Shown here in pieces: positions 18,335 to 25,303 of a stretch of DNA of 32,279 bases (position 1 is its first letter; every line of letters begins with the position of its first letter). A model generated the notes under the pieces. The model did no database searches and was not told the DNA's origin. It saw nothing but the letters and a program-made list of their open reading frames with translations. Position numbers and translations under genes: made by a program. Source of the DNA: a virus. Taxonomy: Duplodnaviria; Caudoviricetes. The stretch covers positions 1 to 32,279 of the IMG/VR virus record IMGVR_UViG_3300032024_000213, one strand, 5' to 3'.

Positions 18335-19685
18335 TCGGCGTCCTCCGGATCGATCCCCAGCCGTGGCCGGACGGCTCGGTACGGGTCAGACGTGCGTGGT
18401 GTCCGTGCCCGGTACTGCGCCAGGCCGACAGGTCGATCGGTCGCGCGTCGCCGGCCGCGGCTACCGCCAGCGCGATCGCCCAGAATCGGTCCGCATGCGA
18501 GCCACCCTGCCGCTCGGCGACCAGGCGCGGCATGCCGCCGGTGCTCAGCTCACTGCGCACGGCGCGCAGGTCGTCGACCAGCGCCTGGCCGACGGGTAAC
18601 CGCAGGCGGCGCTGCTCAAGCCGATCCTTCAACGACACGGCCATGTCGAGCTTGCGGGCGGCAGTGAACAGCACGCCCTCGACCCGATAGCTGCCGTGGC
18701 GACGTTTGGCCTCCTCGACCGGCATCTCTCCCATGCCGGTCTGGTCGATGGCACAGCGGGAGACCCGGTAGCGGCCCATCACCATGGCCAGCTCGGTTAA
18801 TTGCGCGGCGAAGCTGGTCCGCCTCAGCTCGACAAGCTCGCGGCAGACCAGCACGTCGCCGACCGCCTCCAGCACCGCGATCACGGTCATATCGCCGCGC
18901 GAGGCAATATCCATGCCAACCCAGCACGGCCCGCCGGCATAGGCGTCCGGCTGCCCGGCGTCCTCGGTCTGGGCGGCGGCGATCAGATCGTGCGCGAGCC
19001 AGTGTCGGGAACTGTGGTCGAGGAACTGGCACTCGTATTCCTGCGCCCAAGTGTCCGGATCGGCCGAGGCGCGGCGCAATTGGCCGATGTCGCGCGGCAG
19101 CCCATCGGCAACCGCGTCATGGATAGTGACGGTGTGCGCGCTGAACAGGCCGCCAAGCCGATCCGTCATCATCTGGTGGAACATGTCGCCGACCCCGTTC
19201 GGGGTGGAAATCACCCGTAACTTGAGGTCCGGGCGGCTGACCACCGGGGCCAATGCGCGCCACACGGCGCGGTTGTCCTGGTGGTGGGCGAACTCGTCGA
19301 GGATCAGGTTGTCGCTCATGCCGCGCGCGGTCTCGGGCCGGCTGGCGATGGCGCGGATATAGCTGCCGCCGGGCAGGCGCACCAGGTGCGCCAGCTCGTC
19401 AGCCTCGAAGGGCAGGTCCAGCGCCTCAAAGGTCTGCCGAAAGGCCCGCAAATGCAGTTTTACGCCGGTTTCCATGGCGTCCAGGGCGCGGTCACGGGAG
19501 ACCGACAGGATCGTCCAGCGCGACACCCGGCCGCTCGCCTCGGCGTCCAGGCAATCGAGCACTGCCTCCAGCGTGGCCGTGAACGTCTTGCCGACCTGCC
19601 GCGACCACATGCCCGCCTTGTACTTGGCACCGTCGGCCAGGTAGCGGCGCTGGTAGGGATACAGAATGGGCGTATCAGCCGCCAT
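18324..19685 (-). CDS. Terminase large subunit (Mu gp28-like)
   Basis: LYPYQ motif, Walker A WSRQVGKT, Walker B LILDEFAH, nuclease motifs GMDIA and HADRFWA. Start MAADTP at 19685. Confidence 0.93.
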   Translation of the reverse strand: MAADTPILYPYQRRYLADGAKYKAGMWSRQVGKTFTATLEAVLDCLDAEASGRVSRWTILSVSRDRALDAMETGVKLHLRAFRQTFEALDLPFEADELAHLVRLPGGSYIRAIASRPETARGMSDNLILDEFAHHQDNRAVWRALAPVVSRPDLKLRVISTPNGVGDMFHQMMTDRLGGLFSAHTVTIHDAVADGLPRDIGQLRRASADPDTWAQEYECQFLDHSSRHWLAHDLIAAAQTEDAGQPDAYAGGPCWVGMDIASRGDMTVIAVLEAVGDVLVCRELVELRRTSFAAQLTELAMVMGRYRVSRCAIDQTGMGEMPVEEAKRRHGSYRVEGVLFTAARKLDMAVSLKDRLEQRRLRLPVGQALVDDLRAVRSELSTGGMPRLVAERQGGSHADRFWAIALAVAAAGDARPIDLSAWRSTGHGHHARLTRTEPSGHGWGSIRRTPNGY

Positions 19686-20202
19686 ACAGCGCCTCGCGCA
19701 CGGCTTTGAGGGTGTCGGCGTCGAGCCGCTTGCCGCCCTTGCCCTGGGATTTTTCCAGCGCCGTGAGCTTGACCGCCACTTCGTCTTGCCATCGCTTTTG
19801 CGCAATGCTGGCGCGGCTGGCCTCGGCCACGGCGCGGGCCGCTTGCGACAGCAGTTTTACCTGCTCGGCCGGGTCGGCGTCCTCGGCCTCGCGCACCCGC
19901 AACATGGCGTCGAACAGCGCCGACTGCACCATGCGGATCACCGCTGCGCTGTGTTCGTCGGCGTGGTCTGGCTCGCTCTGCACGATCAGCCGCGCCGCCT
20001 CGGCACTGGCCTTGACCGCCGCCATGGTGCGTTGCAGACGCTTATCGTGCCGGTGCAGGGCGCTGTGCGATATCGCCACGCCCTTTTCCTCGCACAGTTT
20101 CGACAGCGCGACGTAGCCGGGGTGACTGCCATCGATCAGCACCTTGTCCAGCCACGCCCGCACAGCGGGCGGCATGGTGTTTACTTTGGGTCGGCGGGGC
20201 AT
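19675..20202 (-). CDS. Terminase small subunit (Mu gp27/DUF3486)
   Basis: Motifs MPRRPKV..MP..VR.WL and ISHSALHRH; ends with REALYG; lies upstream of TerL. Confidence 0.88.
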   Translation of the reverse strand: MPRRPKVNTMPPAVRAWLDKVLIDGSHPGYVALSKLCEEKGVAISHSALHRHDKRLQRTMAAVKASAEAARLIVQSEPDHADEHSAAVIRMVQSALFDAMLRVREAEDADPAEQVKLLSQAARAVAEASRASIAQKRWQDEVAVKLTALEKSQGKGGKRLDADTLKAVREALYGG

Positions 20203-20208
20203 GGCATG

Positions 20209-20532
20209 TCACCACTTCGGCGGGCGGGCAACGTCGACCGGGCAATCGGCGCGGTAGTCCACCACCGCCTCGCCTTCGGCGGTCAGCTCCGCCTCCCAGA
20301 CCGGGCCGGTCCGCGCCACGGTCACCAGCCCGCGCTTCTGCAGGCTGACCAGCTCGGAACGGATCTGGTCGTTGGTGACCCGTATCTGGATGTCCTGACA
20401 GGTGCGCAGCAGCACGTATTCACTGGTGCCGGACGGCCGCGAATGCCAGAGCGCCAGCAGCAGCACCCAGCGGATTGCCTCGCGCTCGGCGCGACCCACG
20501 TCGATGGCGGTATGGAGCGGTTGGTTACTCAT
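20209..20532 (-). CDS. Mu gp26-like winged-helix protein
   Basis: Pattern RW.LL.AL...EL..L...GLV....W.AELT..G..VV.....VARP and conserved position. Confidence 0.75.
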   Translation of the reverse strand: MSNQPLHTAIDVGRAEREAIRWVLLLALWHSRPSGTSEYVLLRTCQDIQIRVTNDQIRSELVSLQKRGLVTVARTGPVWEAELTAEGEAVVDYRADCPVDVARPPKW

Positions 20533-20830
20533 TGATCCTCCGGAGCATCAGCTCGTAGAGCCGGTCCAACTTGACATTGATGGCGGTGTACTCACGGATG
20601 GCGTCGTCCCGCCGCTGGTAATGCAGCGGCAGCTCGGTCAGGTGACGGTCCAGGCGCTCTTCGACTGTGTCGACCCGGCTCACGACCTTGTCCATCTGCC
20701 CGATGGCCTCGTCGATTTTCTTGATCGTGGCGGCGACCAACCGCACGGCCAACCAGCGCAGCAGCCCGAACACGCCGCCGAGAACGACCAGGCCGGCTGT
20801 CAGCATCAGCCCAAACGAGTCACTTGGCAT
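20525..20830 (-). CDS. Membrane-anchored coiled-coil protein (Mu gp25-like position; candidate releasin/holin)
   Basis: N-terminal TM helix, coiled coil and LPLHYQRRDD..R...I..KLDRL motif, directly after the spanins. Confidence 0.65.
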   Translation of the reverse strand: MPSDSFGLMLTAGLVVLGGVFGLLRWLAVRLVAATIKKIDEAIGQMDKVVSRVDTVEERLDRHLTELPLHYQRRDDAIREYTAINVKLDRLYELMLRRINE

Positions 20831-21389
20831 CGGTCATGCCCCTTTGCCATTCGGCGACTGCATCGATGCGGGCGCGGCAGGCGTCGTATTGCCCGGCGGC
20901 GCGGGCGATCCAGGCAGCGGTGTCGCGCTCGCTGGTGCTGTCGCTGCCGGCGACGATGCCGGGATCGGCGGTAGCGGTGGCAACGGCAGCAGCAGCGCCG
21001 CCGGCACGCGCGGGCAGGCTGGCGGCGGCAATACCAGGGGAACGGTTGAGCAGGCGCCGAGCAGCGCCGCCCAGGCAAGTGCGATCAGACGTGACGCGAT
21101 TGAGTGCATGCTGGAGTTCCTCGGTCGTGCGGGTTACGGACTCGACGCGCAGCCGCTCGTTGAGCAGCGCCGCATCGCCAGCCACCTGGGCGGCCTCGAT
21201 GCGGCGTCGTGCAGCGCGTTCGGCGGCGGCTACGGCATCGGCGCTGCGCTGGTTGCATCGCGCCACGCGCTCGTCGCCGAGCGCATCGGCATAGCGCCAG
21301 CCCAGCCAGACGCCAGACGACCCGGCGATTAGGGCAGCGATCAGCGCCACGCCCACGGTGGAGCGCAGGAAGGCCAACAGGACGGCCAT
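20820..21389 (-). CDS. Rz: Inner-membrane spanin (Rz-like)
   Basis: N-terminal TM helix, Ala-rich coiled coil and C-terminal Cys, within the lysis cassette. Confidence 0.8.
   Translation of the reverse strand: MAVLLAFLRSTVGVALIAALIAGSSGVWLGWRYADALGDERVARCNQRSADAVAAAERAARRRIEAAQVAGDAALLNERLRVESVTRTTEELQHALNRVTSDRTCLGGAARRLLNRSPGIAAASLPARAGGAAAAVATATADPGIVAGSDSTSERDTAAWIARAAGQYDACRARIDAVAEWQRGMTDAK
20834..21109 (-). CDS. Rz1: Outer-membrane lipoprotein spanin nested in Rz (Rz1-like)
   Basis: Alternative frame inside Rz; GAGGA RBS; signal peptide with lipobox LLGAC; very Pro-rich mature part. Confidence 0.8.
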   Translation of the reverse strand: MHSIASRLIALAWAALLGACSTVPLVLPPPACPRVPAALLLPLPPLPPIPASSPAATAPASATPLPGSPAPPGNTTPAAPASMQSPNGKGA

Positions 21390-21392
21390 CGG

Positions 21393-21506
21393 TCAGCCCC
21401 CGATGATCCGGTCCCAGATCGCCTTGATCCGGTCGCTATAACGCCGCCAGGCGATGGCGGCGACGACACCCAAGACAACGACAGTGACAGTGACAAGCAC
21501 ACACAT
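21393..21506 (-). CDS. 37-aa single-TM peptide (holin/antiholin-like), missed by the ORF track
   Basis: AGGAG RBS then MCVLVTVTVVVLGVVAAIAWRRYSDRIKAIWDRIIGG*. It exactly fills the gap between endolysin and Rz. Confidence 0.7.
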   Translation of the reverse strand: MCVLVTVTVVVLGVVAAIAWRRYSDRIKAIWDRIIGG

Positions 21507-21516
21507 GGCCTACTCC

Positions 21517-22023
21517 TCAGGGGCTGTCTGGACCACCCAGGCAACGTTGGTATTCAGATTGCCGGCGCGCGACCAGGCCGGGCAGCACCCGGCCGGCGGC
21601 GCGATTCCAGCGCAGAATCTGCGCGCAGGCGCCGGTGTAATCGGGCGGCGACCGCTGCAGCCGACGCACCAGGGTGGACCCGCAGAACGCGCCCAGGCCG
21701 ATGTTGTAGGCCAGGGAGACGTAGGCGTCCCACTCCGCCGGATACAGCGGTACATCGCCGATGCAGGCGCGCATCCGGGCCTCGGTCGAGGCCGCATCGG
21801 CGCCCAGCTGCACCAGCGCGCGCGCTGGGCTCAGTCGCGCTTCCGGTGCCGGCGGTTTGCCATCGATGCGCGTGCTGCCGTAGCCGATCGTCGGCACCCC
21901 GGCGGGGTCGATATAGGTGTGCTCGCGGTAACCCTCGTTCGCGGCAATGCCCAAGAGGCCCGCGGCGGATAGCGCGAGCATCGACGGAAGCAGACGGCGG
22001 CGGGGGAAGGTAGATTCCGACAT
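21517..22023 (-). CDS. SAR-type GH24 lysozyme (endolysin, 168 aa)
   Basis: Catalytic E-x8-D-x5-T (EGYREHTYIDPAGVPTIGYG), YNIG..AFCGSTL and GLVARR..E motifs; weakly hydrophobic N-terminal anchor. Start MSESTF at 22023. Confidence 0.92.
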   Translation of the reverse strand: MSESTFPRRRLLPSMLALSAAGLLGIAANEGYREHTYIDPAGVPTIGYGSTRIDGKPPAPEARLSPARALVQLGADAASTEARMRACIGDVPLYPAEWDAYVSLAYNIGLGAFCGSTLVRRLQRSPPDYTGACAQILRWNRAAGRVLPGLVARRQSEYQRCLGGPDSP

Positions 22024-22073
22024 GCCGCCATGCTGGCGGCCTGGCAGGCAACGGGGCAGACTGACAGCGGTCA
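22024..22073 (-). promoter_or_regulatory. Putative activator-dependent late promoter (lysis operon)
   Basis: TGAC-CGCT-GTCA-GTCTG-N21-CAGCAT-N6-ATG; no SD before the ATG. Confidence 0.55.
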
Positions 22074-22094
22074 TTTCGGCGCAATCAGATTGCA

Positions 22095-22191
22095 GTAATA
22101 TCGCCCCTGTCCGGCGTGGCCTCATTGAAGCCAGTCAATCACGCTCCGAAGCAAGCCAGCAGCGCACGTAATCCGCTTTCCGCGCCGGACA
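22095..22191 (+). CRISPR. Type I-G-like split repeat/spacer unit (mini-array or crRNA mimic)
   Basis: TGTCCGGCGTGGCCTCATTGAAGC (22108-22131), then a 36-44 nt unique segment, then CTTTCCGCGCCGGACA (22176-22191), which is complementary to the first arm. The end GGCCTCATTGAAGC is characteristic of I-G (I-U) repeats. Confidence 0.6.
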
Positions 22192-22212
22192 CCCTATCCC
22201 AATAGGATCGAC

Positions 22213-22563
22213 ATGCCCACCATCACCCTGAGTCGCCGCCAGGCGAAGCACGCCGACCGCGTCGGCGGCATTGAGTTGCTCGCCTTGTGGCCCGCATCGC
22301 TGGGGCCGGAGCCGTCCGGCCTGGGAATCGATTGCGAGCGTGAGGCGACGCCCGCAGAGCGGGCCGAAGCCGAGCGCCTGCTGGGTGCGTCGTGCCGCGC
22401 CCACGGCCTGGTGCCGGTACACATCCGGGTCGCGCGGGTGGTGCGGCCGGGCACGCTGGCAGAGCACCCAGGCGCGGATCGGATCCACCTGGCTGCCACC
22501 ATCATCGGCCAGCGCTGGGTCCACGCCAGCACCAGGAGCCGCGGCAGAGTCATGTTTGCCTGA
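22213..22563 (+). CDS. Orphan 116-aa protein downstream of the repeat unit (candidate anti-CRISPR/Cas6-like)
   Basis: AGGA RBS 6 nt upstream; antisense to the phage operons; followed by a hairpin terminator. Confidence 0.6.
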   Translation: MPTITLSRRQAKHADRVGGIELLALWPASLGPEPSGLGIDCEREATPAERAEAERLLGASCRAHGLVPVHIRVARVVRPGTLAEHPGADRIHLAATIIGQRWVHASTRSRGRVMFA

Positions 22564-22574
22564 CCCCGACAAAG

Positions 22575-22599
22575 GAAGCCCCGAGCGGGGCGGGGCTTC
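22575..22599. terminator. Hairpin between convergent accessory genes
   Basis: GAAGCCCCG-N7-CGGGGCTTC 9-bp stem; short T-run on the minus strand. Confidence 0.65.
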
Positions 22600-22621
22600 G
22601 GTGGTCCGATTGACGCCGCAA

Positions 22622-23080
22622 CTACCGACAAACTTGCGCCCACGCCTTGCTCATTTCGCCGGGCGCCATGTCGGTCTCGATGAACGTACCGACGCCGCCG
22701 CCGTAGATATACCGCGAAGTCCCGGCATACCCGCCAAAGCTGTTCTTTGCGTTGACGTAGCCACAGGCGACAGGCACCCCCTGGAAGTAGTGGACCTGGG
22801 CACCGCTGAATCGCGCGGACGATGGATCTGTGAGTCGCTCCCGAACGGCAGACTCTGCGGCCTGCATCCAGGCGATCTCCTTCTCTTCGCTGGCGGCGTA
22901 GATACCGCTGGAACCGCCGCTGCCGACGGCGCCCGGCACGGCGCTCTTCTTGGGACTACAGCTCAGCCAGGTGAAAACAATCACCCCAATCAGGATCGGT
23001 ATGCCCCACCCGACATGCGGCGTTTGGTTGCCGATGGTGATTGGAATGCTGCGCACGACCTTCGGTGTTTGGCTGGTCAT
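22622..23080 (-). CDS. Membrane-anchored moron protein (DPxSAxF...CGxVNAKNSFGGY family, 152 aa)
   Basis: Start MTSQTP at 23080 with a G-rich RBS; TM helix; conserved family motif; has its own promoter and terminator. Confidence 0.8.
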   Translation of the reverse strand: MTSQTPKVVRSIPITIGNQTPHVGWGIPILIGVIVFTWLSCSPKKSAVPGAVGSGGSSGIYAASEEKEIAWMQAAESAVRERLTDPSSARFSGAQVHYFQGVPVACGYVNAKNSFGGYAGTSRYIYGGGVGTFIETDMAPGEMSKAWAQVCR

Positions 23081-23134
23081 CGGATTACCCCCCTGCGATG
23101 GCGCGCGCCTCACGGGGCGCACCGGATACCCGGC

Positions 23135-23164
23135 AGCATCGCCGGACTCCGGACGGCTTGTCAA
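23135..23164 (-). promoter_or_regulatory. Sigma70-like promoter for the moron
   Basis: Perfect TTGACA (23159-23164), 18-nt spacer, GATGCT -10. Confidence 0.6.
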
Positions 23165-23178
23165 TAACACGCCACCCC

Positions 23179-23748
23179 CTAGCTGCACACATGCTCGATG
23201 CTTCGAATTTCCGCATCGGCGTCGGCCTGGCTGATCGCCCCGTACTCGGCCTGTTGGCGCAGCCAGCGGATGCGCGAGATATGCGCGGGTTCGGCTGGCG
23301 CGGCTTGCGCGGATTTCCGGACCCGCTTGGCCTCTTCCGCCTTGGCCTCGGCCGCGGCCGCCGCGTGCTCGGCCAGGCCCCAGACCACCGCGCGCAGGTA
23401 ATGATGATTGGTGAGCGGCAGCCCGCCCGGCGGCTTGGCCAGCAGCGCCTCGATGGCCTCGGCCCACAGCGCCGGCGTGGTGGCGCGGTACTGGCCGCTG
23501 CGTTCGTCCTTGCACACCCGGCCGTCGTCGACCAGGGCCAGCAGCGCGGTGGCGACCTTGAGCGCGCGCGCCAAACGGAGCTGCGTTTTTGCCGGCTTGA
23601 ACAGCCGTAGATAGGTCAGCACCGCCCGGCCCAGCGCCGGGTCCAGCCCGGCGAACAGGGCGGCCAACCGCTTGCCGTCGCCATCGGCAAAGAACGCGGA
23701 AATATCGCCATCGCAGCCGCAGGCCGGGCAGGTAGCGCGCAGGCTCAT
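23179..23748 (-). CDS. Conserved Mu-like phage hypothetical protein (189 aa, N-terminal CPxC)
   Basis: Motifs CPACG, YLRLFKP and PLTNHHYL; ATGA overlap with the upstream gene. Confidence 0.75.
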   Translation of the reverse strand: MSLRATCPACGCDGDISAFFADGDGKRLAALFAGLDPALGRAVLTYLRLFKPAKTQLRLARALKVATALLALVDDGRVCKDERSGQYRATTPALWAEAIEALLAKPPGGLPLTNHHYLRAVVWGLAEHAAAAAEAKAEEAKRVRKSAQAAPAEPAHISRIRWLRQQAEYGAISQADADAEIRSIEHVCS

Positions 23749-23972
23749 GCGCTTGCCCTCGGCACCACGGTACAGGTGTAGTCGCCCGGGCCGACGTTCA
23801 CCCAGTCGGTGATGACGTGCGACTCATCGAGCCCCAGTTTGCGTAACAGCCGCCAGGCCGCCTTTTCCGGGCCGGCGGTGCAGCTCGCGACTGCGCGTTT
23901 GCCGCGGGCCAGGTAGGCGCCAGTGCGGTTGCGGTAGACGATACGGACTTCGATGGTGGCGCGGATGCTCAC
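23745..23972 (-). CDS. Hypothetical protein (75 aa)
   Basis: 4-bp start/stop overlaps on both sides; GGAGG RBS. Confidence 0.7.
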   Translation of the reverse strand: MSIRATIEVRIVYRNRTGAYLARGKRAVASCTAGPEKAAWRLLRKLGLDESHVITDWVNVGPGDYTCTVVPRASA

Positions 23973-24205
23973 AGGCGGTCCTCCGGTCCTGGCACTGTGT
24001 GTCCTGGCGCTTGGATGCTGGTCAGGATGCGCATCAACTCGCCCGGCGCTGGCCCCATCGTAGGCGGCAGCCCCAGCTCTGCGCTCACCGACGCCAGCGC
24101 GGCCCGGTAGCGGTCGCGAAACTCAATGGCGCAGCGGCGGCAATCGCAGCTCTCGACGCAGTCGTCTTCGGGGCCATGCTCAGATAGCTCAGACCATCCG
24201 CTCAT
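23969..24205 (-). CDS. Hypothetical Cys-rich protein (78 aa)
   Basis: ATGA coupling to mor; GGAG RBS. Confidence 0.65.
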   Translation of the reverse strand: MSGWSELSEHGPEDDCVESCDCRRCAIEFRDRYRAALASVSAELGLPPTMGPAPGELMRILTSIQAPGHTVPGPEDRL

Positions 24206-24597
24206 ATCGGCAGCTCCAGTTGGTTGTCGTCGATCTCAGCGATATCGCTGAGGGTTTCGTCAGCGGTGGCGACCGCCAGCCGCTGCACCTGCCGCAGGTG
24301 CAGGCCAAGCCGCCGCGCGATCTCGACGTGGTTGAGCCCGGCGACCTTCAGCGCCATAACATCTTGGCGCAGGTGCTCGCGACGCAGGCTGGCACCGAGC
24401 GGCAGCACCGGCCGCAGGCCGGCATAGCGTGAGACCAGGGCCGCAAACGTCGGCAGTCCGGCCACGCGGCCAATGACGTGCTCACGGTCGACCGCGATCG
24501 GCACGTACAGCGGTGTGCCACCCCACTGCCCAAGCAGCCGCTCGACGCCATCCAACGGCGCCCCGGCTTGCAACAACTCGCGGACCAATTGGCTCAT
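24202..24597 (-). CDS. mor: Mor/C-family transcription activator (131 aa)
   Basis: WGGTPLYVP motif and C-terminal HTH (EIARRLGLHLRQVQR); follows gemA; GGAGG RBS. Confidence 0.85.
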   Translation of the reverse strand: MSQLVRELLQAGAPLDGVERLLGQWGGTPLYVPIAVDREHVIGRVAGLPTFAALVSRYAGLRPVLPLGASLRREHLRQDVMALKVAGLNHVEIARRLGLHLRQVQRLAVATADETLSDIAEIDDNQLELPI

Positions 24598-25043
24598 ACG
24601 GCATCTCCTCCGGGCGGTGTCTTGCGCGCTCGGCGGCGGGCGTCGTAGGTGAGCGCGGCCACCAGGGCGCGCAGTTGCTGCGGGCTGTGCCACTCCAGAC
24701 GCGGGGGCGCCGCATCGCGCCACATGCGCTTGCTGATCCCGAGCGGGTAGCGAGGCCAGGGGTAATTCCCTGTGCGCGTCAGCGCCTCGACCTTGCGCAG
24801 CAGCGGCGCCTTGTCGGGCGCGGGCAGGCTGCGCGGGGCGTCGGTGAGCTTGGCGCCGCGACCGTTCAGCGCGGCGATAACGGCGCGCAACTGGCGCTCG
24901 TCCATGTCCGCGCAGCTCTTGCACCCGGTCACCTGCACCTGCATGGCCCGGCGGGTGTCGTCGTCCAGGTGCAGCCGGCACGCGCCGACCTGCACCATGG
25001 CGATCAATCTCCGGCGCCGGCTAGCTTCGTCGTAGTTAATCAT
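24594..25043 (-). CDS. gemA: GemA/Mu gp16 family protein (DUF1018)
   Basis: Motifs RRRLIAMVQVG...LDDDTRR...TGCKSCADM and QLRALVAAL. Confidence 0.85.
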   Translation of the reverse strand: MINYDEASRRRRLIAMVQVGACRLHLDDDTRRAMQVQVTGCKSCADMDERQLRAVIAALNGRGAKLTDAPRSLPAPDKAPLLRKVEALTRTGNYPWPRYPLGISKRMWRDAAPPRLEWHSPQQLRALVAALTYDARRRARKTPPGGDAV

Positions 25044-25069
25044 GGCAGCAGCCTCAGTTGTCCAGCCGA

Positions 25070-25303
25070 TTAGAGTTCCGCCGCTGTCGGCGGCGGCGGC
25101 TCATCCTCGTCGTAGCCGCAGCAATCCAGGGCATCCGAGTGCTCATAGTGAAAGTTCCCGCATACTGGGCACAGATACCCATCGCTTACCCTCGGGAGGC
25201 AGCATTCGTAGGCGTCGCCTTCGTCGTCGTGAATCTCGTCACACTGGCTGCACTTCCAGACTGGTTTGAGTTTCGTTAGGCGGGTGACCATCGTGTTAGT
25301 CAT
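25070..25303 (-). CDS. Double zinc-finger protein (77 aa), probably C-terminally truncated
   Basis: Two CxxC...H...CC units. The frame continues past TAA as SAGQLRLLP to a TGA overlapping the gemA ATG. Confidence 0.75.
   Translation of the reverse strand: MTNTMVTRLTKLKPVWKCSQCDEIHDDEGDAYECCLPRVSDGYLCPVCGNFHYEHSDALDCCGYDEDEPPPPTAAEL

Noticed and set aside
12182-20535. Plus-strand ORFs such as 12182-13228, 17435-18250 and 19666-20535
   Set aside because: They fully overlap well-supported minus-strand head genes.
22132-22175. Self-targeting by the spacer-like segment
   Set aside because: By eye only short GCCAGCAGCGC matches occur elsewhere in the genome, as expected at this GC content. No full protospacer was seen.
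22135-22643. Minus-strand ORFs 22135-22572 and 22194-22643
   Set aside because: They start at or across the terminator hairpin and lack a clear SD. The plus-strand ORF has better signals.
23081-23515. 297-aa version of the moron ORF
   Set aside because: The upstream part overlaps another gene and the promoter. The real start is likely 23080.
25070-25072. Stop-codon reassignment
   Set aside because: TAA, TAG and TGA all terminate other well-supported genes, so this is best explained as a single nonsense change.
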